From positions 7,322 through 71,321 of the IMG/VR virus record IMGVR_UViG_3300004244_000010: a stretch of 64,000 nt of DNA; one strand, given 5' to 3'. A model generated the notes under the pieces. That model was not told the DNA's origin. It saw only the letters and a list, made by a program, of their open reading frames with translations, and made no database searches. Both the position numbers and the translations under genes were made by a program. Below are positions 54,060 to 62,704 of this stretch, piece after piece (the stretch's first letter is position 1; every line of letters begins with the position of its first letter). The stretch comes from a virus. Lineage: Duplodnaviria; Caudoviricetes.

Positions 54060-55088
54060 ATGAAGAAACGCAAGCTCAAAAAACTGCTGAAGCAGGCCCT
54101 GCAGCAGCTCGCCGTCATGCAGCTGCCCGCTGGCCAGCCGGTGGCGACGCCGGCCGCCAACGATCCAGCGCCGGCCATCGAAGGCCCGACCGTGGCCGAG
54201 TGGCTGGCGACCTACCGGACGATCATCGGCCAGCGCGGCTACCACGCGCAGACGTTGAAGAACCGCACCACGTCGATCAACCACATAGAGTCAGCCTGGG
54301 GCGCCATGCCGCTGCGCGCGGTGCGCCCGGTCGACATTTCCACCAAGCTGAAGCAGTGGACGCCTCACACGGCCTGCCGGGTTCTCGGCGAGCTGCGCGA
54401 CGTCTACGTCGAGGCCATCGCCAACGGCGCCGCCGAGTCGTCGCCGGCCGCCCACGTCAAGCGCCCTCGCGCTCCAGGCCTGCGCAAGCGCCTGACGCTG
54501 GAGACTTGGCAGGCGATGCTCAATCTTGCCCGGCATAGCAGCCAGCGCTGGGTGCACGCCCTTCTGCTGCTGGCCCTGGCCACGGGCCAGCGCCGCGCCG
54601 ATCTGGCGAAGATGCGCTTTGATGATGTTGTCGATGGCCACCTGCGCATCGAGCAGCAGAAGAAGGCCGGCAAGCCGACCGGCGCCCGCGTGGCCATCCC
54701 GCTGACGCTGCGCCTGCAGGCCACCGGCATGACGTTGGGCGAGGTAATCGAGCACTGCCGCGGTATCGGCGCACCCGGCGACACGCTGCTGCGCAAGGCA
54801 AACGGCAAGCCCATCGAGATGTCCAGCCTGTCGGCCCGCTTCCGCGAGCTCATCGTGCAGGCCTGTAGCCCAGAGGCCTACAAGCAGTACGAATGGCCGA
54901 GCCTGCACGAGGTGCGCTCGCTCAGCGCTCGGACCTACATCGCCGAGGGCATGCCCGCAGATGTCGTGCAGACCCTGCTGGGCCACAAGGACGCCGAGAT
55001 GACTGCCGTCTATCTCAATGACCGAGGGCTCACCGCCGCAGAGTGGAAGCAGGTCTCATCCAACGATCAATTGCCAGCCGCAGCCTGA
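54060..55088 (+). CDS. Second tyrosine recombinase, lambda-Int-like, no arm-binding domain
   Basis: LATGQRRADL, QQKK..TG, SLHEVRSL, LLGH, TAVYL. Confidence 0.9.
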   Translation: MKKRKLKKLLKQALQQLAVMQLPAGQPVATPAANDPAPAIEGPTVAEWLATYRTIIGQRGYHAQTLKNRTTSINHIESAWGAMPLRAVRPVDISTKLKQWTPHTACRVLGELRDVYVEAIANGAAESSPAAHVKRPRAPGLRKRLTLETWQAMLNLARHSSQRWVHALLLLALATGQRRADLAKMRFDDVVDGHLRIEQQKKAGKPTGARVAIPLTLRLQATGMTLGEVIEHCRGIGAPGDTLLRKANGKPIEMSSLSARFRELIVQACSPEAYKQYEWPSLHEVRSLSARTYIAEGMPADVVQTLLGHKDAEMTAVYLNDRGLTAAEWKQVSSNDQLPAAA

Positions 55089-55100
55089 GGACCAACCGCC

Positions 55101-55310
55101 ATGAATACAGCAACCATTGGCGTGACCGACTTGGCCCGCGAGATCGACATGCGCATTGATCCTAATACGCAGTTGGGTGCACGTGCCGTTGCGGCCAGGG
55201 CCGAGCCGACCAAACACTACGAGCGCTTCACCTGCCACGGCTGCAGCCGGGTGTTCAGCCGCGTCACCGGGCATGCGCTTTGCCAGGCATGTCGCGCGCA
55301 GCCGCCGTAG
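55101..55310 (+). CDS. Small zinc-finger-like protein
   Basis: GAGGA SD; CHGC...CQAC. Confidence 0.65.
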   Translation: MNTATIGVTDLAREIDMRIDPNTQLGARAVAARAEPTKHYERFTCHGCSRVFSRVTGHALCQACRAQPP

Positions 55311-55333
55311 GTCCAATAATTTCGCGCCGAACT

Positions 55334-55374
55334 ATCCGTTATAGGTTGCATGTGAATCCGTTACGGGTTATTCT
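55334..55374 (+). promoter_or_regulatory. Early promoter 2 with two operators (paralog of promoter 1)
   Basis: TTGCAT-17-TATTCT; ATCCGTTATAGGTT and ATCCGTTACGGGTT. Confidence 0.8.
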
Positions 55375-55411
55375 TCAAACCGTGGTCAGAACCTAAACGA
55401 AGGAGTCAGCA

Positions 55412-55615
55412 ATGAAGATTCAAGTCTGCGGCCGCAGTGTCTACGGAGCAATCAAGCTCTACCCCGTCAATGACGCGGCAAAGGTGCTGGCCGAGCTCTG
55501 CGGCCAGAAGACGCTGCGCGCCATCGACCTGGCACGCGCTGAAATGCTCGGCCACCAAATCGAATACGTCGCGGATCCCCAGGTGAACGCGGCTATCCAG
55601 GAGGCCGCGCTTTGA
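55412..55615 (+). CDS. Small early protein
   Basis: AAGGAG SD. Confidence 0.75.
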   Translation: MKIQVCGRSVYGAIKLYPVNDAAKVLAELCGQKTLRAIDLARAEMLGHQIEYVADPQVNAAIQEAAL

Positions 55616-55842
55616 ATGCCTACCGCTTCCCCGTCTCCGGCGATCGCATCGGCTTCGTGTCTGGCCCCTGCCAGAACCCGCGCGACAACGCCGGCATGGT
55701 GCTCTGCATCAGCAGCAATCGCTTCTACAGCCACGTCGCGCATGTCCTGATGGATAACGGAACGACGCGTACCTGGGAAGGACCGTACACGCGGGTTGGT
55801 ATTGGTGCCTACCTGGTCAGTGAATCGAAGGTCGCCGCCTGA
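55612..55842 (+). CDS. Small early protein
   Basis: GGAGG SD; overlaps the upstream stop. Confidence 0.65.
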   Translation: MNAYRFPVSGDRIGFVSGPCQNPRDNAGMVLCISSNRFYSHVAHVLMDNGTTRTWEGPYTRVGIGAYLVSESKVAA

Positions 55843-55891
55843 ATTCCCCACGCCCATCAATACCCTTTATCGGTTTTTCCAGGAGCCCCAA

Positions 55892-56866
55892 TTGAGCACC
55901 GCAATCGCAGAACGTTCCGGCAGCCAGGTCGCAAAGAACCCGGCCGCTGAATTCAACTCCTTCATGCAGCGCCTGAAGCCCCAGATAGCGCTGGCCCTGC
56001 CAAAGCACATGAACGCCGACCGCATGGCGCGTCTGGCGCTGACGGCCTTCAGCAGCAACGCGGACATGCAGCGCTGCGAGTTCCGCACCATCGCGTCCTC
56101 TCTGATGACGGCCGGCGCGCTAGGCCTGGAGCCTGGCGTGAATGGCGCGGGCTACCTGATCCCCTACAAGGGCACCTGCACCTTCGTGCCCGGCTGGAAG
56201 GGCCTGGTGGATCTGGTGTCGCGCAGCGGCCGTGCCACCGTCTGGACCGGCGCCGTGTTCGAGGGTGACGACTTCCAGTACGCCCTGGGCGACCGCCCAT
56301 TCGTGATGCACAAGCCGGGCGATGAAACCGACCCGAACAAGCTCACGCATGTGTATGCGATCGGCCGCGTGAACGGCAGCGACTTCCCCGTCATCGAGGT
56401 GTGGTCGATGCGCAAGGTCTGGAAGCACCGCGACGCACTGAACAAGCAGGGCAACAAGCACTACAGCTTCCGCCACCCGGAAATGTACGCGCGCAAGGTT
56501 CCGCTGCTGCAGGTGCTCAAGTACATGCCCAGCAGCATCGAGGTCGCCAACGCCATCGCTGTGTCAGAGGCCGCCGAGTCGGGCCGCGGTGCCGTGATCG
56601 AGGGCAACTTCGTCACGCTCAGCGATGGCCCAGCCGATGACGATGGCGCTGGCTCCGATGCCGTCCGCGCTGAAGCAGCCGCGGCCGCGCGCCCCTCCCT
56701 GCCTGCGATCTCGGCCGAGGAATTCGAGCGCGAGAGCGACGACTGGCAGGAGCTGCTGTTGTCCGGCCGCAAGACCGCGGTGGACCTGATCACCACGATC
56801 AAGGCGCGCAACTCTCTGACGGAAGCTCAGGAGAAGGCGATCTTGAGCTGGGCCGTTGGCCAGTAA
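55892..56866 (+). CDS. recT: RecT-family single-strand annealing protein
   Basis: IALALPKHMNADRMARLAL...LGLEPG..GAGYLIPY...GWKGLVDL; TTG start after AGGAG. Confidence 0.92.
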   Translation: MSTAIAERSGSQVAKNPAAEFNSFMQRLKPQIALALPKHMNADRMARLALTAFSSNADMQRCEFRTIASSLMTAGALGLEPGVNGAGYLIPYKGTCTFVPGWKGLVDLVSRSGRATVWTGAVFEGDDFQYALGDRPFVMHKPGDETDPNKLTHVYAIGRVNGSDFPVIEVWSMRKVWKHRDALNKQGNKHYSFRHPEMYARKVPLLQVLKYMPSSIEVANAIAVSEAAESGRGAVIEGNFVTLSDGPADDDGAGSDAVRAEAAAAARPSLPAISAEEFERESDDWQELLLSGRKTAVDLITTIKARNSLTEAQEKAILSWAVGQ

Positions 56867-56876
56867 GGAGCAGACC

Positions 56877-58505
56877 ATGGAACGCCACAATCTTGTCCAG
56901 GGCTCGCCGGAATGGAAGGCCTACCGCGCAACCCACTTCAATGCCAGCGAGGCGCCGGCCATGATGGGCGTGTCGCCCTATATGACCCGCACCGAGCTGC
57001 TGCACCAGCTCAAGACAGGAATCACGCCCGACATCCCCGACGCGCTGCAGGCGCTCTTCGATGAAGGGCACCGTACCGAGGCACTGGCCCGCCCCCTGGC
57101 CGAAGAGTTCATCGGCAAGAAGCTCTACCCGGTCGTCGGCTCGCTGGGCCGCCTGTCGGCCTCGTTCGATGGCCTGACGATGCTGGACAACCCTGGCTTC
57201 GAGCACAAGATGCTGAACCAGGTTCTGCGCGATGCCATGTTCGACGGTTGCACCGGCGCAGATCTGCCGATGGTGTACCAGGTGCAGCTGGAGCAGCAGT
57301 GCATGGTGTCGGGCGCCCTGCGGATCCTGTTCATGGCGTCCGAGTGGAACGGCGACGAACTGGTGGAAGAGCGACACTGCTGGTACACGCCGAATCCCGA
57401 GCTGGCCCAGGCCATCACCAATGGCTGGCTGCAGTTCGCTGCAGACCTGGATGCCTATGTGCCCAGCGTGGCCGCCGCGGCGCCGGTGGGGCGCACGCCT
57501 GAAACCCTGCCTGCGCTGCGCATCGAGCTCGCCGGCCGGGTGATGGACAGCAACCTGGATGTGTTCAAGGCGCATGCCGTCGAGGTGTTCGGCGCCATCA
57601 ACACCACCCTGGAAACCGACCAGCAGTTTGCCGATGCTGTCGAGGCGGTGAAGTGGTGCGCCGATGTCGAGGCCCGGCTGGCCGGCGCCAAGCAGCATGC
57701 GCTCAGCCAGACCGAAACCATCGACCTGCTGTTTCGCACCATCGACGAGATCTCCGAACTGGCGCGCCAGAAGCGCCTAGCGCTGGACCGGATCATCACG
57801 CACCGCAAGGACGAGATCAAGAACGAGATCGTCGCGGAGGGTTGCCAGGGCCTGGCCGAACACATGACCGCCCTGAATGCCCGCCTCGGCAAGCCCTACA
57901 TGCCCACGGTGCGATCCGACTTCGGCGCGGCCATCAGGGGTAAGCGCACCGTGGAGACGCTGCGCAACGCCATGACGACCGAGCTGGCGCGCGCCAAGAT
58001 CGAGGCCACCGAGATCGCTGACCGCATCGAGAAGAACATGAAGATCCAGGCCGAGCTCGCGGCCGGGCATGAACTCCTGTTCGCCGATGCCGCGCAGATC
58101 CTGCTGAAGCAGCCCGATGACTTCGTGCTGCTGGTGAAGGCGCGCCTGGCCGCGCAGGCCGAGCTCGAAGCGAAGAAGGCCGAGGCCGCCAAGGCGGTCC
58201 CAGTGGTCGAGGCTGCCGCTGCTCCCGCGCCGGCGCCGGCGCCGGTCGCCACCCAGCCGGTGCTGCGCCGCGTCGCGCCGGCAGCCGCCGCCGAGTTGCC
58301 CACGCTCAAGCTCGGCACGCTCAACGAGCGCCTGGGCATGGTCGTGACGGCTGAATTCCTCGCATCGCTGGGCTTCCCCGCCAAGGTCGAACGCGCGTCG
58401 CGCCTCTACCGCGAGTCGGACTTCCCCGCGATCTGCGCCGGGATCTCCGCCCACGTGCTGGCCGTGGCCAAGCAATTCCCCGCGCAGTCACTGGCCGCAG
58501 CCTGA
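56877..58505 (+). CDS. YqaJ-like exonuclease with long coiled-coil extension
   Basis: QGSPEWKAYR...ASEAPAMMGVSPY...SASFDG...EHK...YQVQLEQQ. Confidence 0.9.
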   Translation: MERHNLVQGSPEWKAYRATHFNASEAPAMMGVSPYMTRTELLHQLKTGITPDIPDALQALFDEGHRTEALARPLAEEFIGKKLYPVVGSLGRLSASFDGLTMLDNPGFEHKMLNQVLRDAMFDGCTGADLPMVYQVQLEQQCMVSGALRILFMASEWNGDELVEERHCWYTPNPELAQAITNGWLQFAADLDAYVPSVAAAAPVGRTPETLPALRIELAGRVMDSNLDVFKAHAVEVFGAINTTLETDQQFADAVEAVKWCADVEARLAGAKQHALSQTETIDLLFRTIDEISELARQKRLALDRIITHRKDEIKNEIVAEGCQGLAEHMTALNARLGKPYMPTVRSDFGAAIRGKRTVETLRNAMTTELARAKIEATEIADRIEKNMKIQAELAAGHELLFADAAQILLKQPDDFVLLVKARLAAQAELEAKKAEAAKAVPVVEAAAAPAPAPAPVATQPVLRRVAPAAAAELPTLKLGTLNERLGMVVTAEFLASLGFPAKVERASRLYRESDFPAICAGISAHVLAVAKQFPAQSLAAA

Positions 58506-58629
58506 CCAAGTTTTCGGGCGCGCCGCGCTGGGGTTCGTTTTCCTCCCTGACACCTAGCTTCCCAGCGTGCCCCTTGCCCTCCAGCAAGGGCGCCCATTTT
58601 CTTCACCACCCACCCACGAGGTAAGCACC

Positions 58630-58890
58630 ATGTCTCAAGCTCAACAGGCCCCGGCTATCAAGCTGAACCCGGTCAAGTCCAGCCAGGTCAAGGCGATCGG
58701 CTACGACGAGGCGACCAAGACGCTGGCCGTCACCTTCACGCGCGGCGCCGGCGCGACCTACCACTACGCCGATGTCTCGAAGGACACCTTCGAGAAGTTC
58801 AGCAAGGCCGAGAGCATCGGCAGCTTCTTCGGCAAGCACATCAAGCCGCTGCCGTTCAAGAAGTTCCCCCAGGCGCCCGCCAAGGGCTGA
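58630..58890 (+). CDS. KTSC-domain protein
   Basis: VKSSQVKAIGYD...LAVTF...YHY..V...F..AESIGSFF. Confidence 0.9.
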   Translation: MSQAQQAPAIKLNPVKSSQVKAIGYDEATKTLAVTFTRGAGATYHYADVSKDTFEKFSKAESIGSFFGKHIKPLPFKKFPQAPAKG

Positions 58891-59000
58891 TCAGCGGGGC
58901 GGCGTGTCGTAGCCAGCCAAAGGCCCCGGACGCACCGGGTTGCACAGCTGGGCAAAGGGCGCTGCCCCACCAATTCCCCATCACCCCATAGGACAGACCC

Positions 59001-59336
59001 ATGACGAAACCGTTCACCGACACGCTCAGCGCCCTGCGCTTCGGCACCCTCGTGGATGACTTGACCAAGGCCCTGCACGAGCTCACGCAGAAGTGCACCG
59101 ATACCGGCCGCGCCGGCACGCTGACCCTGACCCTGGGCCTCAAGCCCGGCAAGGGCGGCCAGATCGAAGTGTTCGACGACATCAAGGTCAAGACACCGAA
59201 GGAAGAGCGCGGCAGCTCGATCATGTTCGCCACCGTCGAGGGCAATCTGCAGCGCGAAGACCCCCGCCAGCTCACCCTCACCGGCCTGCGCACGGTCGAT
59301 GCTGAAACCGGCGAGCTGCGCAAGGTCGGCACCTGA
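59001..59336 (+). CDS. YfdP-like phage protein (partner of DUF2303)
   Basis: GTLTLTLGLKP...SIMFAT.EGNLQREDPRQ. Confidence 0.8.
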   Translation: MTKPFTDTLSALRFGTLVDDLTKALHELTQKCTDTGRAGTLTLTLGLKPGKGGQIEVFDDIKVKTPKEERGSSIMFATVEGNLQREDPRQLTLTGLRTVDAETGELRKVGT

Positions 59337-59449
59337 TGACGCCGACCGAGAAAGACCTGACCGAGGAAGGCCAGGCCCCCGAAGACAAGCGGATCCCCAT
59401 CGGTCCGTTCGACGTGTAACCACCGCCGCCCAAGAAAGGCAACTGCACC

Positions 59450-60250
59450 ATGGAAGAAGAGATCAACAACACCCGCGAGGCCATCAACGCTGGCGCCGCG
59501 CTCACCGAAATCAAGACGATCGAGAGCACCAGCTTTGTCGTCGTTCCCGAGGGCTACGAGGTCAAGACGCTGGAGCACCTGAAGCAGCAGCCCACGCGCC
59601 GCTTCGGTTCTGTCACGCTGCGCGACACGGCCAGCTTCATCGAGTTCGTCAACAGCGAGAAGGGCGAGGCATCGCGCATCTACGGCGCGTACCAGCCGCC
59701 GGGCTTCGTGGCTGTCCTCAATGACCACAACCGAGCGCTCGGCCCGGGGTGGAAAGATCACCGCGCTGTCTACTCGTGCCCGGTGGCCCCCGAATGGCTG
59801 ACCTGGAAGGCCATGGACGGCAAGCCGATGAACCAGGAGCAGTTCGCCCAGTTCATCGAGAACAACCTGCCCGACATCGCCAACCCGCCGGCCGCGGAAA
59901 TGCTCGAGATCTCGCGCAGCCTGGAAGCCAAGAAGAAGGTGAACTTCGCCAGCGGCCTGCGCCTCAGCAATGGCGAGAATCAGCTGACCTACGAAGAGCA
60001 AATCGAGGGCACGGCCTCCAAGGGCCAGCTCAAGGTGCCCGAACTCTTCACGATCGGCATCCCGGTGCTGGAGGGCGGCGCGCGCTATGGCGTCGAGGCG
60101 CGGCTGCGCTATCGCATTGCCGATGGTGGCAAGCTCGGCATGTGGTACGAGCTGGTGCGCCCGCACAAGATCATCGAGGATGCCGTGGGCGAAGTCTGGT
60201 TGCAGATCCAGGCGGAAACCGGCATCACGATCCTCAACGGTTCCCCGTGA
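59450..60250 (+). CDS. DUF2303/YfdQ-family protein
   Basis: AVLNDH...GWKDHRA...QEQFAQFIENN...IPVLEGG...ARLRYRI. Confidence 0.9.
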   Translation: MEEEINNTREAINAGAALTEIKTIESTSFVVVPEGYEVKTLEHLKQQPTRRFGSVTLRDTASFIEFVNSEKGEASRIYGAYQPPGFVAVLNDHNRALGPGWKDHRAVYSCPVAPEWLTWKAMDGKPMNQEQFAQFIENNLPDIANPPAAEMLEISRSLEAKKKVNFASGLRLSNGENQLTYEEQIEGTASKGQLKVPELFTIGIPVLEGGARYGVEARLRYRIADGGKLGMWYELVRPHKIIEDAVGEVWLQIQAETGITILNGSP

Positions 60251-60323
60251 AATCCCGGTGTGGTTCACGGCGTTGCCCGTATGGCCGGGATCATGAGGGT
60301 GCCAAGCCGTGAACTGCCAAGGT

Positions 60324-60364
60324 GCCGGCGCTTCGCCGGCGCTTCGCCGGCGCTTCGCCGGCGC
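60324..60364. repeat. Tandem 11-bp repeat (GCCGGCGCTTC x3 + partial)
   Basis: Units start at 60324, 60335 and 60346. Confidence 0.9.
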
Positions 60365-60520
60365 CCTTGCCCGCGCTGGGGCGTGATCGGAATCAGCGCA
60401 TTCGTAGTACCGACAGAGGGGTGTAAGTCCCTGATGCAAGCGGAAACCCCGCCTCTGCGAGCCGAAAAGGCCACCCCGGGCAGGAAGGCCCGGGACCAAC
60501 AACCCCCAACCGAGAACACC

Positions 60521-60961
60521 ATGATCCTGACTGGACCCTGCCGCATTGGCCGCGACGCCGAGCTCCGCTACCTGCCCAGCGGCGAGCCCGTGATCAATCT
60601 GAGCCTGGCCTACAACTACGGCAAGCGCGGAAGCGACGGCAACAAGCCGACGCAGTGGGTCGACGCTGGCCTGTGGGGCAAGCGCGCCGAGGCGCTGGCG
60701 CCGCACCTGCTCAAGCGCACCGAGATCTGGTGCGTCATCGAGGACGTGCACATCGAAACGTTCGACAAGCGCGAAGGTGGCCAGGGCCACAAGCTGGCAG
60801 GTCGGATCCAGCAGCTGGAGTTCATCGGCGGCCGGCCGGCTGGGGGTGAATCTGACGCCCGCGCCCCGGCATCTGCGCCTGCGGCGTCGGGCCGCTCACG
60901 CCCCGCGCCGGCGCCGGCGCCCGCGGGTTTTGACGACGAATCGGACGACATTCCGTTCTAG
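60521..60961 (+). CDS. ssb: Single-stranded DNA-binding protein
   Basis: RIGRDAELRY...C-terminal DDIPF. Confidence 0.95.
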   Translation: MILTGPCRIGRDAELRYLPSGEPVINLSLAYNYGKRGSDGNKPTQWVDAGLWGKRAEALAPHLLKRTEIWCVIEDVHIETFDKREGGQGHKLAGRIQQLEFIGGRPAGGESDARAPASAPAASGRSRPAPAPAPAGFDDESDDIPF

Positions 60962-61032
60962 TTCGGCAGCGGGGCCAGCCCTGCTTCCAACATTCTTCTG
61001 ATCCATAGAAGGCACACCGCTCCTACACTCCC

Positions 61033-61242
61033 ATGCTTTACTGGGTTCGACTCTCAAAATACTGCACTGATTCGGGGGAGACACCCGACGCAGTAGACAA
61101 GCGCTTGCGCACGGGCAAGTGGCTGCGAGACGTCCACGCCAGGAAGCCTGAAGGGAGTGCGGAGCTATGGGTGAATCTGAAGGCGGTGAACGACTGGGCC
61201 GAGGGGAAAAAGCCCGCCCACCTGCACGGCCAAAGCGCGTGA
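61033..61242 (+). CDS. xis: Excisionase
   Basis: WVRLSKYC..SGET.DAV...LWVNLKAVNDW; GTGA overlap with int. Confidence 0.8.
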   Translation: MLYWVRLSKYCTDSGETPDAVDKRLRTGKWLRDVHARKPEGSAELWVNLKAVNDWAEGKKPAHLHGQSA

Positions 61243-62441
61243 TCGGCGTCACCCCCATCAAGCGCCTCAGCAAAGAGGTGTACCAGGTCGCCTTCAGCTT
61301 CCGCGGTGTGCAATGCCGCGAGGTGGTCAACCTCCCCCACTCCAAGGCCAACGAGCAGTATTGCAGCCGCCTGCGCGCTGAGATCCTGGGCAAGATCGAG
61401 CGCGGGGATTTCACGTACATCGACTACTTCCCCGAGTCGAAGCGTGCCGCCATCTTTGGCCACGCGCCGGCGCGCACCAAGCTGCTCAAGGACGTACTGG
61501 AGGCCTATCGCGATCGCGTTGAGGCAACGCTGGAGCCGAGCAGCTTTGCCGGCTACCGCAAGGCCATCGACAACCACCTGGTGCCATGGTGCGGGCACAT
61601 GAAGATGGCCGCCCTGAAGCCGGCTGACATCCGCGACTGGGTGGGCCTGCAGCGTGTGGCCCTGAAGACGATCCGCAATCGGCTGCTGCCCCTGCGCGCC
61701 GTGCTCGATGAGGCCGTGGCCGATGAGCTGATCCCCTTCAATCCGATCGACCGGGTGAGCCTGGCCAAGCTGGTGCCGATTGAAAAGCGCACCAGCGACT
61801 TCGAACCAGACCCCTACACCGCGGCGGAGTTGAAGGAGTTGCTGGGCAAGCTCAAGATCCCGGCCGAGCGTGCGGCGTTTCAGTTCTGGGCCTACACAGG
61901 GGTGCGCACTGGCGAGCTGATCGGCCTGCGCTGGGCGCGCTCCGATTTGGAGGACCGCTCGGTCCACATCAAGGAAACGACCACCGAGGGCAAGGACAAG
62001 GCCAGGCCGAAGACGAAGGCAGGCGTGCGGACCATCCCGCTGCTGCCGGCGGCGTTTGAAGCGCTGACCGTCATGAAGTCGATCACCATGCTGGCCGGTG
62101 ATCGTGTGTTCGTGAACGGGCGAGCCCAGGGCGAGGATGGCGCTTGGAGCGACGACACGCTGGCCAGGTTGTGGAAGCGCGCGCACAAGGGCACCAAGAT
62201 CCGGTACCGCAACCCATACCAGCTGCGCCACACCTTTGCCAGCCAGTTGCTGAGCCAGGGCGAGAACCCTGCCTACATCGCCACGCTGCTCGGGCACAAG
62301 ACGGTCGAAATGGTCCAGCGCACTTATGGCCGCTGGGTATCAGAGGGTGAAAAGCTCGGATTCGACCGGCCGCCGCGGCAGTACGGCATGCACCCGCTCT
62401 GGAGTACGCCTGAAGCCGATTCCCATGTGAAAAACATGTGA
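61239..62441 (+). CDS. int: Prophage tyrosine integrase
   Basis: N-terminal arm domain (FSFRGVQCRE); GVRTGE, KTKAG, YQLRH, LGH, TYG. Confidence 0.95.
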   Translation: MIGVTPIKRLSKEVYQVAFSFRGVQCREVVNLPHSKANEQYCSRLRAEILGKIERGDFTYIDYFPESKRAAIFGHAPARTKLLKDVLEAYRDRVEATLEPSSFAGYRKAIDNHLVPWCGHMKMAALKPADIRDWVGLQRVALKTIRNRLLPLRAVLDEAVADELIPFNPIDRVSLAKLVPIEKRTSDFEPDPYTAAELKELLGKLKIPAERAAFQFWAYTGVRTGELIGLRWARSDLEDRSVHIKETTTEGKDKARPKTKAGVRTIPLLPAAFEALTVMKSITMLAGDRVFVNGRAQGEDGAWSDDTLARLWKRAHKGTKIRYRNPYQLRHTFASQLLSQGENPAYIATLLGHKTVEMVQRTYGRWVSEGEKLGFDRPPRQYGMHPLWSTPEADSHVKNM

Positions 62442-62475
62442 AACCGTGGACGGATCAGGACGGATTGGGACGGAT
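62424..62475. repeat. Arm-type sites: CATGTGA x2 and GGACGGAT x3 (10-bp period)
   Basis: CATGTGA at 62424 and 62435; GGACGGAT at 62448, 62458 and 62468. Confidence 0.75.
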
Positions 62476-62488
62476 TTAGTATCAGCAG

Positions 62489-62530
62489 AAAGAGAAAACC
62501 CCTAAGTAAATCAATTACTTAGGGGTTTCT
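62489..62530 (-). terminator. tRNA terminator hairpin containing an IHF site
   Basis: AAACCCCTAAGTAA/TTACTTAGGGGTTT stem; AATCAATTACTTA (62509-62521) matches the IHF consensus. Confidence 0.75.
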
Positions 62531-62531
62531 T

Positions 62532-62563
62532 TCCTGGAGGAGAGGGGGGGATTCGAACCCCCG
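62532..62563. repeat. att core (right prophage junction)
   Basis: Identical to 1839-1870. Confidence 0.97.
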
Positions 62564-62622
62564 AGACGTTTCCGTCCGCCTGATTTCGAGTCAGGTACAT
62601 TCAACCACTCTGCCACCTCTCC
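62535..62622 (-). tRNA. tRNA-Ser(CGA)
   Basis: GGAGAGG/CCTCTCC acceptor stem, CCTGA-CTCGAAA-TCAGG anticodon arm, long variable arm, TTCGAAT T-loop, encoded CCA. Confidence 0.97.
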
Positions 62623-62704
62623 GGTATTCGGTGCTCGCGTGGTTCGGTGCGAGTCAAGCCGGCTAGTATAGCGAACTTTTTTCAGCTTGCCAGGGTTTTG
62701 CGAC

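Larger units (their letters stand above)
1839..62563. mobile_element. Prophage, ~60.7 kb, Bcep22/933W-like podovirus architecture, integrated at tRNA-Ser(CGA)
   Basis: 32-bp att repeats, int/xis, cI/cro, replication, terminase, portal, capsid, tail, lysis and DarB-like genes. Confidence 0.95.

Noticed and set aside
60299-60326. GTGCCAAG and TGCCAAGG half-matches upstream of ssb
   Set aside because: They lack the GGA loop and closing arm; probably chance.
60324-60364. CRISPR array
   Set aside because: Contiguous 11-bp units with no spacers and no cas genes.
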